A DNA stretch of 53,044 nucleotides from Mesotaenium endlicherianum (taxonomy: Eukaryota), in contig WELA01000746.1 in the NCBI GenBank assembly GCA_009602735.1, positions 1-53,044 on the forward strand, given 5' to 3'. This document shows, piece after piece, positions 24,627 through 35,875 of this stretch. Each line of letters begins with the position of its first letter. Position 1 is the first letter of the stretch. The notes beneath the pieces were generated by a model. The model was not told the origin of the DNA, did not search any database, and worked only from the letters and a program-made list of their open reading frames with translations. Position numbers and translations under genes: made by a program.

Positions 24627-25171
24627 CTTCTTGTGCTACCAAAGTGCCTAGCTCCGATACCACTGTAGTGAAACAGATAGATAAAGTACTTAGTAAAACA
24701 GAATACTTTATCTATTCAAGACAAGGATCTTTGAACACAAGTGGTAGCTTCTTGAAAGAGAGATGGCTTCTTGAAAGTTAATATATTTCTGGATTTTGGC
24801 AAGTACAAGAGTGATTCTGGAATGTCTTTCTATGTTCTAGCTCTTGTTTATATACTTGCTACATAAGTAATTTCTAGGAAGGTGTATGTTGATGTGTTGG
24901 CACCCAACACATCCCAAAACTTGCCACCTCTTTCTAGAATAATGTACACATGTCCTTTTGACCTAAAAATGGCACATCTGACTTTTGCCACATGGAGTTC
25001 TTCTAGGTCTTTCCTCTAACTTCGAAAATGCCTTGGAAGGTTCAAAGGACATGAACCAAGTTACTAGAGTACCTATTCACACTTGACTCCACACAATACT
25101 ACTCCAAATATATTTGAAAACATTAAAATATATGCATACTAATATATAATAACTCAAATCACTACACACGG

Positions 25172-26127
25172 TTATTCTTTGATCATTTTTTCAAGCTACA
25201 TGGGATGCCGAAGGTGATAATTTCAGACCGGGATTCAATGTTTACTAACAACTTTTGGCGGTCATTGTTTACTTTGATGGGGACCAAGTTGAGTATGAGC
25301 ACTTCCTATCATCCTCAGACAGACGGGCAGAGTGAGAGGCTCAACAGAACTCTGCAAGAGGTGCTCAGGAGTTTCACTATGGAAGACCCTTCAGAGTGGG
25401 ACAAGAAGCTGCCAGGGTTGGAGTTTGCCTACAACAACAGCATGCAGGGATCCACCAAGCAATCACCATTCACTATGGTTTATGGGCAAGAAGTATATCA
25501 TCCAGGGAACATCTTGTTGGAGAAGGCCAAGGAGACTCAGGTTCCTACTACACAAGCTTTTATGGTGCAGATGGCCAACACTTGGGATATGGCGAAGACG
25601 TGTATTCGGAAGGCACAGGAAGAGCAGGTCAAGCATGCTAACAAGCACAGGAGGGAAGTGACATTCCATGTGGGCGACAAAGTACTCTTGTCAACAGGGA
25701 ATCCACCTTTCACGGGCAAAAGGAAACTGCGGGCACGGTTCACAGGTCCCTTTGTGGTGCTCAAGCAGGTTAATCTAGTGACCTACAAGTTGGAGCTTCC
25801 TTCAGGCTGGCGTAACCATGATGTGTTCCATGTCAGTTATTTGCGGCCATGCGTTGACCCAAATGAAGAACATCCAGGACCACTACCTACACCGCCACCA
25901 CCGGTCGAGATCGATGATGTATTTGAATATGAAGTTGAGGCGATTGTCAGCGATCGACGAGTCAAGCGAGGTCAACGACTTGTTCAAGAGTATCTGGTCT
26001 AGTGGAAGGGCTACCATGCGGACGACAACACTTGGGAGCTGGAGGCCAACTTGACTCATTGTAAGAGTAAGTTGAGACGTTATCTGCAGAATGCGTCGAG
26101 GACGTCGCATCTTGAGGAGGGGGATGG
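25172..26127 (+). pseudogene. pol: A2 pol, 3' part (integrase core, GPF motif, chromodomain)
   Basis: ORF 25205-26002 (ISDRDS, HPQTDGQSERLN, GPF); chromodomain broken by TAG at 26000. Confidence 0.93.
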
Positions 26128-26871
26128 TGTAAGGTCATAGGTATATAAAGTGCATGTTTGAGTTCCTTAATTGTATGTTTTGATTACATGGAAGTGTAGA
26201 GTGCATTTTTGTGGTCATTGTGATATAAAGTTCATCGAATTTGGTCGAGTATTAAGAGAGTTATGGATTTCCGAAGTTTAATTAGTTCTGCGGTCGGTTG
26301 ACGACTGTCCTTAATTCGCGGTGAGCGCGACCGTTGGATTGACCGACAGCGTTGAGCGATCTGGCCCGTTAGAGTGAATTCGAATCTTCACGTAAGTTTG
26401 GCTGACGCGGAGTGCCGAGTAGGTTCATTTACCTAGAAGTTTCGGTTTAGCCTAGCGCGTCTAAGATAGAATATTCTAGTACTGTTGATGCATGTATGTG
26501 GACGTCAATTCAACCCGACACGACAGATGAGACTGATCTGGCTTACTCACGAATATTCTGGAAGGGAAAATTTGACAAACACTTCGGAAAATCCGTAGCT
26601 TTCTCTTAGAGAGGAGCACTTAGGCAGAAAATTATAAATAAGCATAACTTCTTTGTTTCGTATGAGTTTTCACTTCTGTAAATTTCTACGGATTTGTAAT
26701 GACAAGATCTTTCATCCAATAGCATTTGTGAGGAGTTTCTTGCCACTCCAAATGTCAAGTAATTTTCCTAAGCTTTCTTACCAATATGCCGCTGCACTCT
26801 TTAGTATGATTGCAACTAGTTCCTTTCCTCGTGAGTTACTGCGCTTCCACTAGGGCACTCTGCCCCTCTTA
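26128..26871 (+). repeat. 3' LTR of A2
   Basis: Begins TGTAAGGTCATAGG after the PPT; matches 16843-17584. Confidence 0.93.
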
Positions 26872-27084
26872 ACGCGCATATTCTATTGAAATTGGGCGTA
26901 AACTTCTCCTCCAATTGCATTTGCCATTTACCTTAGCATCGTCTACATCTCTTGTTGCTCTCTGGTCATTGTTGGTGCTGCCTGCTGCCCCGCGCGCTTA
27001 ACATGCTCAACATGTTTGCCTCCTCTAGCTGCCGGCTGCGACTTTGTAATACAATACGCAAACTAGCCCAGCTTCGATACCAGA

Positions 27085-27813
27085 TGGAAGGGGCAAGGTG
27101 CCCTGGTGGAAGCGTAGTGACTCACGAGGAAAAGAACTAGTTGCAATCATTCTAAAGAGTGCAGCGCTGTATCACTAAGAAAGCTTAGGAAAAGTACTCA
27201 ACATTTTGAGTAGCAAGAAATTGCTCACAAATGATTTAGGATGAAAGACCTCATCATTACAAACCCGTAGAAATTTACAAAAGTGAAAATCGATAAGAAA
27301 CAAAAGAAAGTTATACCTATTTAAAATTCTCTGCCTGAGTGCTCCTCTCTAGGAGGAAGCTACGAAATGTCCTAAGTGTTTGTCAATTCGTCCCTTCCAA
27401 AATATTTGTGAGTAAGCCAGATCAGTCTCATCTGACGTGTCGGGCCAAATTGACGTCCACATATATGCATCGACATTATTAGAATATTCTATCTTAGGCG
27501 CGCTAGGCTAAATCGAAACTTCTAGGTAAATCGACCTAGTCGGCACACCGCGTCAGCCGAACTTACGTGAAGGTTTGAGTCCACTCTAACGGGCCAGATC
27601 GCGCGACGTTGTCGGTCAATTCGACGGTCGCGCTCATCGCAAATTAAGGACAGTCGTCAATCGACCTCAAAACTAATTAAACCCTGGGAATCCATAACTC
27701 TCTCAATACTTGACCAAATTCAATAACCACAATAATGCACGTTACGCTTCTACGCTATCAAAACATACTTTCATGAAACTCAGAAATGCACTTCATAAAC
27801 CTATGACCTTACA
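27085..27813 (-). repeat. 5' LTR of A1
   Basis: Adjacent to PBS (minus strand TGGTATCGAAGC); followed by TSD TTCAC. Confidence 0.95.
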
Positions 27814-28244
27814 TTCACTGTACAAATCTCGACATTTTGATTTCAGGGCGCTAAACCTTGAATTTTGGGCGCTACTTCACCCGGATTCTCGAAGGGAGTT
27901 TCCCCCCCATGCCTTCAATAGACCGTTTCCTCTTATCGCCACTCAACGCCGTGATCTCCGAATATGTTGGAAGAGATGTGCGAATGCTTATCTCGCTAGA
28001 ATGTGAAAACAACCAAAAAGAGCCATGGGTTTGACGTAACTCACGGAAGGTGCATATTTTGAAGTACACCCTGGGAACGGCAAATGGGTGGTATGTGCCG
28101 TTTCCGTCTTATTCAAAAGTATGCAAGGTATGTTGGGGCAATTCGCTCAATGAGGGCCGGCACATAGTCGGAGAACACTCTTTTCACTTATAAAGTAGGC
28201 TCGCCCGGCTCAAAATAGGGTAAGATTCAATTCGGGAGCCCCTC

Positions 28245-31200
28245 TGTAGTGACTTGAGTTTTATTATATTAGTTTGCTTTTGTTTTAATGCTTTTGAATA
28301 TACTCAAAATAGTATTGTGTGGATTCAAGTGTAAATAGATACTCTAGTAACTTGGTTCATGTCCTTTGAACCTTCTAAGGCATTTTCGAAGTTAGAGGAA
28401 GGACCTGGAAGAACTCCATGTGCCAAAAGTCAAATGTGCCATTTTTAGGTCAAAAGGGCATGTGTAAATCATTCCAGAAAGAGGTGGCAAGCTTTGGGAT
28501 GTGTTGGGTGCCAACACATCACATGCACCTTCCTAGAAAGTACTTATGTAGCAAGTACATAAACAAGAGCTAGATCGTAGAAAGTTATTCCATCATCACT
28601 CTTGTACGTGCCAAATTCCAGAAATATATTAACTTTCCAAAAGTCATCTTTCTTTCAAGAAGCTACTACTTGTGTTCAAAGATCCTAGTCTTGAATAGAT
28701 AAAGAATTCTACTTGTTAAGTACATTATCTATCTGTTTCACTGTAGTGGTATCGGAGCCAGGCACTTTGGTAGCACCATAAGATGGCCGATCCTCAAGAC
28801 CAATAGCAAGCTTTCGCAGGATGCCCTTCCTCTCCAAGAGACCCTTCTCCAGCGCCGATGGGAGAGCCCACTCAAGAAAATCTGCAACAACAAGAAGCAC
28901 CACAAGGAGGAGCACTATCAAATCCCGTGGCAGACGCTATAGCAAGGTTAACCCCACCACAAGGAGTTTCCGCAAATGAGTGGGCAGCCTTCTTAATGAC
29001 CGTCCACAACCAAGTGGGCTTGGCCACCTATGAAGCAACCGTATAAGCGTCAAGAAAAGCTATGGCTGCCATGGTTGCCCCTATTGCAAGCAATGCTTAA
29101 AATCCAGCCACAGCTCAAGCGCCTCCATAAGAGCGTACAGGAGCAAGGGAACTCATTAAGCCCGGCAGACCAGACACTTTCGATCCTGGGAGAGGAGCCA
29201 AACTGAATCTGTGACTCTACCAAGTGGAGATGTACCTCACATTCCTTGAAGTACCCGAGAAGGACTACGTCCCTTTTGCCGTTACCTTGCTCAGCGGAGC
29301 AGCAACATCATGGTGGCGAAACTATCAAGCGGCTGTATATCAAGCTGTGGCGTATCTCGTACCCGGCCAAGAGCCCCCACGATCATATGCAAGATGGGTG
29401 GATTTTTGTGAAGCCCTCCAGAAGCAATTGATGCCCATCAATGCGGAGAAAATTGCTCGAGGAAAGCTTCGCCATCTCAAGCAAACAACGTCCGTTCAAG
29501 AATATACATCCAGATTTCATGACCTCACTCTTGAGATCCCCAACATGTCGCTCGAGGAGAAGATTGATCGTTATGTGTCTGGCCTCAAGAAGTGGAATTA
29601 CGCGACTTGACGGACTTTTCAAAGATTATTGAAGTGGATCAAAAGGTGGATATCTTGGATTTCAAGCACTCCGTGCCTTCATCTTCACGAGCACCAACGA
29701 CGCGGGTGTACGCAGCCCCTTCCACATCGGAATCTGGACCCGCACCCATGGAAATTGAAGTCATTAAAAGGGACCCCGCGGCTGCCCAGAAGAGTGGAAG
29801 ACCCTCCAATGACACTTATGATGCAAGAAACCAGCAAGGAGTGAAAGCAAGACTCTCCCCGGCTGGAAAAGAAGCTCTGATGACGGCTGGACTTTGCTTT
29901 TATTGTAAGGAGAAGGGCCATCGTGCACTCTCATGGCCCAAAAAGTTGTCAAAAAACGTACAGCGCCGGTAGGCCAGGAGCCTACCACCCCAAGACCCAC
30001 TTCACGAGAAGACAACAAGCCAAGTGAGGTGAAGACCCCACAGAAAATTGCTCGAGAAAAGCTTCGCCATCTCAAGCAAACAACGTCCGTTCAAGAATAT
30101 ACATCCAGATTTCATGACCTCACTCTTGAGATCCCCAACATGTCGCTCGAGGAGAAGATTGATCGTTATGTGTCTGGCCTGAAGAAGTGGAATTACGCGA
30201 CTTGACGGACTTTTCAAGGATCATTGAAGTGGCCCAAAAGGTGGATACCTTGGATTTCAAGCACTCCGTGCCTCCATCTTCACGGGTTTCAGCGACGCGG
30301 GTGTACGCAGCCCCTTCCACATCCGAATCTGGACCCACACCCATGGAAATCGGAGTTATTGAAAGGGACCCTGCGGCTGCCCAAAAGAGTGGAAGACCCT
30401 CCAATGACACTTCTGATGCAAGAAACCAGCAAGGAGTGAAAGCAAGACTCTCCCCGGCTGAAAAAGAAGCTTTGATGACGGCTGGACTATGCTTTTATTG
30501 TAAGGAGAAGGGCCATTGTGCTCTCTCATGGCCCAAAAAGTTGTCAAAAAATGTACAGCGCCGGTAGGCCAGGAGCCTACCATCCCAAGACCTACTTCAC
30601 GAGAAGACAACAAGCCAAGTGAGGTTAAGACCCCCGTTGAAGACGACGTTCCAGCCCCAATGAGTTCGAGAGGTTACCTTGGAGGAGAGAAGGTCCACAT
30701 CTTGGTGGATAGCGGAGCTCAAGGCAACTTCATCGCTGCAAATTTTGCCACCAAGCACAGTATTACTATGCGAACTCTTGACCACCACGAGGAGATTATG
30801 ATGCCTGACGGATTCTCCTACACTACCCCTTCCAAGAAAACGTACCCTTGGCACTCTCTATCAAGTCCTTCAAGGATAGTGTAGTGTTTCCCCCATGCAA
30901 TTGGGCAAGTACTACGTCATCCTAGGGACGCCCTGGTTGACCAAGCACACCTCTCAAGTTGATTGGAGGGACGGTACCATCGAGATCAAGAACGACATTT
31001 CTTCAAGAATCTGTATTTTGTGCGCAATCCAGAGTATCCAGACCCAGGACACCAAGAAGACGGCACACGAGATACTATTGTCGCCCTCCAACTCAAGAGA
31101 CTTGTGAGGAAGGGACACGAGCTTCCTTTGGCCTTGATCACGCCAAAAGACATCAAGAAAGACATCGAGAGTCAAGAAGGCAGCCCCGTTCCCAAGGAGA

Positions 31201-32869
31201 TACAAGAAGTCTTAGAGGACTACAAAGAAGTGTTCTCCCCGAAATTGCCCAAGGGCCTACCCCCCAAAAGATTCGTAGACCACAAGATAGAGTTGGAGCC
31301 CGGAAGCAAGCCCATCTCTCGGCCTACGTTCAAAATGTCATACACGGAGCTACACGAAGTCAAGAAGCAAATTACGGAGCTACTGGAGCATGGCTTCATT
31401 TGACCTAGCAAGTCGCCATTTGGAGCCCCGGTGCTATTTATCAAGAAGAAGGATGGTATCTTGAGGATGTGTGTGGACAATCGCGCCCTCAACAAGATCA
31501 CCATCAAGAATCGATACCCGCTGCCGCGCATGGATGAGCAAACGGACCAGCTGGTTGGAGCCAAGTACTTTACGAAGATTGACTTACGGAGCGGCTACCA
31601 CCAGATTCGCATCGCAGAACCGGACATAGAGAAGACGGCATTCAAGACAAGATATGGACATTTTGAGTTCATGGTCTTACCATTTGGACTCACCAATGCA
31701 CTAGTAACTTTCATGACTATGATGAACACCATATTTTAGCCCCTGCTGGACAGATTTGTGGTGGTATTCATTGATGACATTCTCATTTACAACAAGACCC
31801 TTGAAGAGCATGGAAGAAACGTAAGACAAGTGCTCAAAATCTTGAAACAAAACAAGCTATTTGCAAAGGAGTCAAAGTGCCAGTTTGCCAAACAAGAAAT
31901 GGAGTTCCTAGGTCTCCACGTGACTGCTGATGGCATCAAGATGGACCCCAAGAAGGCCACGGTAGTGGAGGAATGGCCAACCCCCACGACCAAGAAAGAA
32001 CTCCAATCATTCTTGGGATTTGCCAATTGGTACAGGAGATTCATCCAGAGCTTCTCGCACATAGCAGCCCCCCTGACAGATCTACTGAAGAAGGACAGGC
32101 TATATACATGGACCAAGAAAGAGGAAGAGGCATTACAAGAGTTGAAGCGAAGATTGACCACATCCCCGGTGCTTACACTCCCAAGTCCAAACCCAAATTG
32201 GCCCTTCCACGTCATCACCGATGCATCTTCCTCTGCAATAGGAGCAATCCTGCTTCAAGACCAAGGCGAGGGACTGCAGCCCATCGCCTATGAGGCAAGG
32301 AAGCTAAATCCAGCCAAGCAGAATTATACAACCACGGAGTGAGAGGCATTGGCGATTATTCATGCCTTGAAGGTTTGGCGCTGCTACGTTGAAGGACGCA
32401 AGGTGCTGGTCACGACGGACCACGAGGCGTTGAAGCACCTCCAGACGCAACCATATCTCTCACGGTGACAAGCAAGATGGAGTGAATACTTGCAACAATA
32501 CAACATTACGATTCAATACCAGCCCGGCAAGACGAACCCGGCTGACCCCCTCCGAACACTGCAATTAAATGCAGTGATGACATCCCTGAGTACAAATCTG
32601 GATGCCGGATTTCCAGCCGCTTATGATGCGGACCCTTATTACACGAATGGCGAAGCAGCCCATGACCCACACAAAAAGCAAGAAGGAAACTATTGGGTGA
32701 GATAAGACAGGGGACAGAGATGCGTGCCTAATAATCAAGAGCTACAACTCTTGTTACTTCGAGAAGCACACGACAACCCACTTGGAGGTCACTTTGGAAT
32801 ATTAAAGACCACGGGCGTGCTTGCAAGGAGTTATTGCTAGCCAGGAATGTCTAAGCAAGTGAAGGAGTA
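28245..32869 (+). mobile_element. Degenerate, 3'-truncated gypsy element B2
   Basis: 5' LTR 28245-28745; PBS TGGTATCGGAGC 28747-28758; gag and pol homologous to B1 with many stops; ends in the integrase HHCC region; no 3' LTR. Confidence 0.92.
29447..30636 (+). repeat. 595-bp tandem duplication spanning the B2 gag-pol junction
   Basis: AGAAAATTGCTCGAG recurs at 29447 and 30042; duplicated ORFs 29592-29972 and 30187-30567. Confidence 0.92.
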
Positions 32870-33933
32870 TTTGCAGCAGTAGGGTGCTCCGTTGGGCTTA
32901 CCTTTTTCTCCACCACTTCTTCAGGTTGAGGGGGTACCTCTCTTAGCAACAGACAGAACATTCTGTCTTCCTTCTGGTTCCAGCTTTCGATGAACTCCAT
33001 TACATTCAGTAATTTGCACCCTCCTGGAAGCCTCTTCTTTTCCTTCATTTGCCATCCATACAGGACAAGAGGAAGAGCACGGATGGGTGCCAACTTAGTT
33101 TGTGAAATGAATCGACTTACCAAATAGGCGATTAGTACTTAATAAAGATCTTTATATCAGCAAGTAATCTTTATGGTATTTCCATTAACTGGTTAAACGG
33201 CAAAGGACAATACATTAGCAAGGAATAATACTCGTAAGTCAAATGCGAGTAACCTAGCATCAATGATGCAACTCAGTAAACTCAAACTTAAGCAAGGTTA
33301 GAAGACAGTGCGTATCAATGGCTTCTCGCCTTGGATTCAGATCTCTCTCAGTAAGCTGTACAAGAGTTGGCCTCGTTTCCGAATGCCGAACTCGAAGGCA
33401 ATGCCTAACATATGTACATGGAATGAGTTTATTGTTCAACGGTCAGTGCGATGGCACCGCCTACCCGGGAGTTAACCACGTTGGTAGGACCTCGGTTAAC
33501 CAAATCCACCGCCATCTCCCATCATCCCGAATCGCCATCCATCATAGGGAGGTCATCTGGCTATTCATCTAGCATATCGCACTTAGATGCATATCAAGGC
33601 AGTTCGCTGCTATCGAGTACGGAAGTCAGCTTGCTGTCAAAGAATGTGTCAGCAAGCTGACTTATATGGACTTTCAGCCTGCTGCTTTTTACTGAGTCAT
33701 TAAACTGATAATTATGTAAAGTCCAGCAGACTGACTATTACCTAAAGTTCAGCAGGCTGAACTTATTTAACTATTATATTTAAATGAATATTATATCCAT
33801 TAATATACTGATTCATTACAATCCCTCCAACTTAACTTGTTGTCGCCTTGACAACATTAAACTGCAGAAATTTTAAACAAGGGAACTGAACTTGACCAGC
33901 CTCCCTTACTGAATGCCTCTTCAGCGTGTCACC

Positions 33934-35618
33934 TTAAGGGGTTGTTCCTGGGGCTTCAGAATCAGGAGACGGAGATCTGGACCGAGATCTGGACAGCCCT
34001 CTAGGTCTGTCAGCTGGCCTTCTAAAGAACCCTGTTTGCTCTAAAGTTGGCCCTCGGGGAGAACGGAGGATGGTGGCCTGCTCTTCAACTATTTGGGTGT
34101 TGATTCCCACATAGACAAGCATTCCAGTAGGATGCTGAAACACATTGGCTAGAGGTACATGCCCCTGAGCGGAGGGGGAGGCTGGCATACCTCTGGCCCA
34201 CCCGCGTGTCCCTCTTCTGGCACCCTTGTCCTCTGGGGATTTCTGTTTGTGTCTGCTGCCCAGTACCGTCAGATCAGCTTCTTCCCCTGCTTGGGCAGGT
34301 GGGTTGGGGGAGCGAGCGCGGGGTCCAGTTGTCACCAGAACGATGATCACATTCCACACACCAAATCGTGGTTATTTAGGAAGTGCCAACGCCTGTCCCT
34401 GGGTATCCTGAGTACCCGCTGTTGATGCTTCTCCTCTGCCTTGTTCTGCTTCCTCATCCTCCTCATCCTCCTCCTCGGAGAGAGTAGGGGTCTCGTCCAC
34501 TAAGTCGTCCTGCTCCCTAGTAGACATGGAGTAGTCTACCGACCTCCCTTTCTTAGGGCGCGCTGGAGGTTGCTTGGCCTTCAGCCTACTGATATCTATC
34601 CGACCTACATTCTTTGCCCATTTGACAAAGGCATGCTTTCCCTTAGAGAAGTAGTCTCTTCCCCTCCTCCTATGTTCCTTGGTCTCTGCATTCATATTGC
34701 TCAGGCATCCATTCAGCCTGGGGTCCCAAGGGGCAATGTGAGGTGGTAGGATGAAATAGCCGTCTAGGCCATAGTGGAAGTCATCCGGTTGGGCTCGGTT
34801 GCACTCCTGCTTCTTATTTGTGACGGTCATCCACCTCCAGTCTGTTGGCTGCTGGTAGTACTGGGGTCCGTGCTCAGCCTTCCTCAGTTTACACGGGAAC
34901 CAGTGGGGAGAGAACATCTGCTGTCCTGCTTCCCTGGCCAAGTACTCCCAGCTCCTTCTCTCAACTTCATTGTAAGCTGGCAGGAGTGTGAGGTAGAATA
35001 CCGTATCCTTAAAGCTATCGAGCCGCATGCTCACCATCCGGATGAGTCTCTGATCTCCCACTATTCCCGGTATGGGGACCGGCTTGTCCTCTGAATCATC
35101 TGCGAGATACCGGGCCTGCTCTGCTGTATAGCCCACCATCTTAGCATAATCTTCGTAGAGGACCACGCCGGTGTGTGTCTCGATGAACCTGTCCAATGCT
35201 GTAGCTCCTTCCTTTTGTAGCAGTGTTGTCTGTTCCAGGTGTTGATCTCCTGGGCCGCCAGCAATGCTTCCTTCAGGTTATCGAAGTTTTGGCCACCCAC
35301 CACAGTATACCTGTAAGTGGCCAAGCTCTTCTGTCTGTCCGCTTCAATCTTTTTTCTTTTCTCCTCTTCTGCCGCTGCCGCTTCTTCTTGCTGTTTCTTC
35401 TGTGTCTCCTCCTCAACCTTCCTGAGGTTTTCCGCTTCCTGATCCTTCTTCGTCTGTGCCTCTTCTGCCGCCTCTTGTTGTTTGTGGACCCTTTTCTGTT
35501 CTCTCCTGGTGAGGGACGTCGCCGCCAGCTCCTTCTGGTATTGCCCCATTGTCCTCCTGGCTTCTTCTGCCTTGCGCTTTCTGTCCTCCTTTTGTGTGGT
35601 GGGCACCATCCTGCACAT
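33934..35618 (-). CDS. Additional sense-strand ORF3 of C1, unknown function; apparently one frameshift and one in-frame stop
   Basis: ORF 35061-35618 (K/E/Q-rich coiled coil), ORF 34372-35196 (aromatic-rich middle, acidic tail) and ORF 33934-34359 (same frame as the previous, RS-rich end) fill the 2 kb between pol and the LTR. Confidence 0.65.
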
Positions 35619-35875
35619 TTAACCAGGGCACAAGTTAGTAGGATATGGACCTTTGTCATCGGGATTGCCGGAAGTATGTTAGTATTAGTATAGTGGCTTC
35701 GCTGCTGTTTACCTTACAGGATGATTGCTAAAAGTTGACGTAGTTGCGATGCGCTACACATAAACGTATGAGTGTGTTTTTATCGCTCTCGCTCACTAAC
35801 TGTCATATAATTTTCCCTCCAACTTAAATGGAGACAGGACCGCCTGTCACCTTCCCGTGTCAACTGAAATGACAG

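Larger units (their letters stand above)
21303..25166 (-). mobile_element. Ty3/gypsy element B1 inserted in A2 integrase; 3' pol and part of the 3' LTR missing at N 21617
   Basis: 5' LTR 24664-25166; partial 3' LTR 21303-21616; PBS TGGTATCGGAGC 24651-24662; TSD CACGG at 21298-21302 and 25167-25171; LTR copies nearly identical. Confidence 0.95.
16843..26871 (+). mobile_element. Ty3/gypsy chromovirus A2, inserted antisense in gag of A1
   Basis: LTRs 16843-17584 and 26128-26871; PBS TGGTATTGGAGC 17587-17598; PPT GAGGAGGGGGATGG 26114-26127; TSD GCGCG/ACGCG; A1 gag rejoins when it is removed. Confidence 0.95.
11126..27813 (-). mobile_element. Ty3/gypsy chromovirus A1, degenerate, host of nested insertions
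   Basis: Paired LTRs 11126-11869 and 27085-27813; TSD TTCAC at 11121-11125 and 27814-27818; PBS 27071-27082; PPT 11870-11883; gag-PR-RT-RH-IN-chromodomain order. Confidence 0.95.

Noticed and set aside
34330..34362. Hydrophobic VWNVIIVLV in ORF3 as an env transmembrane segment
   Set aside because: Too short, with no signal peptide or fusion-protein features evident.
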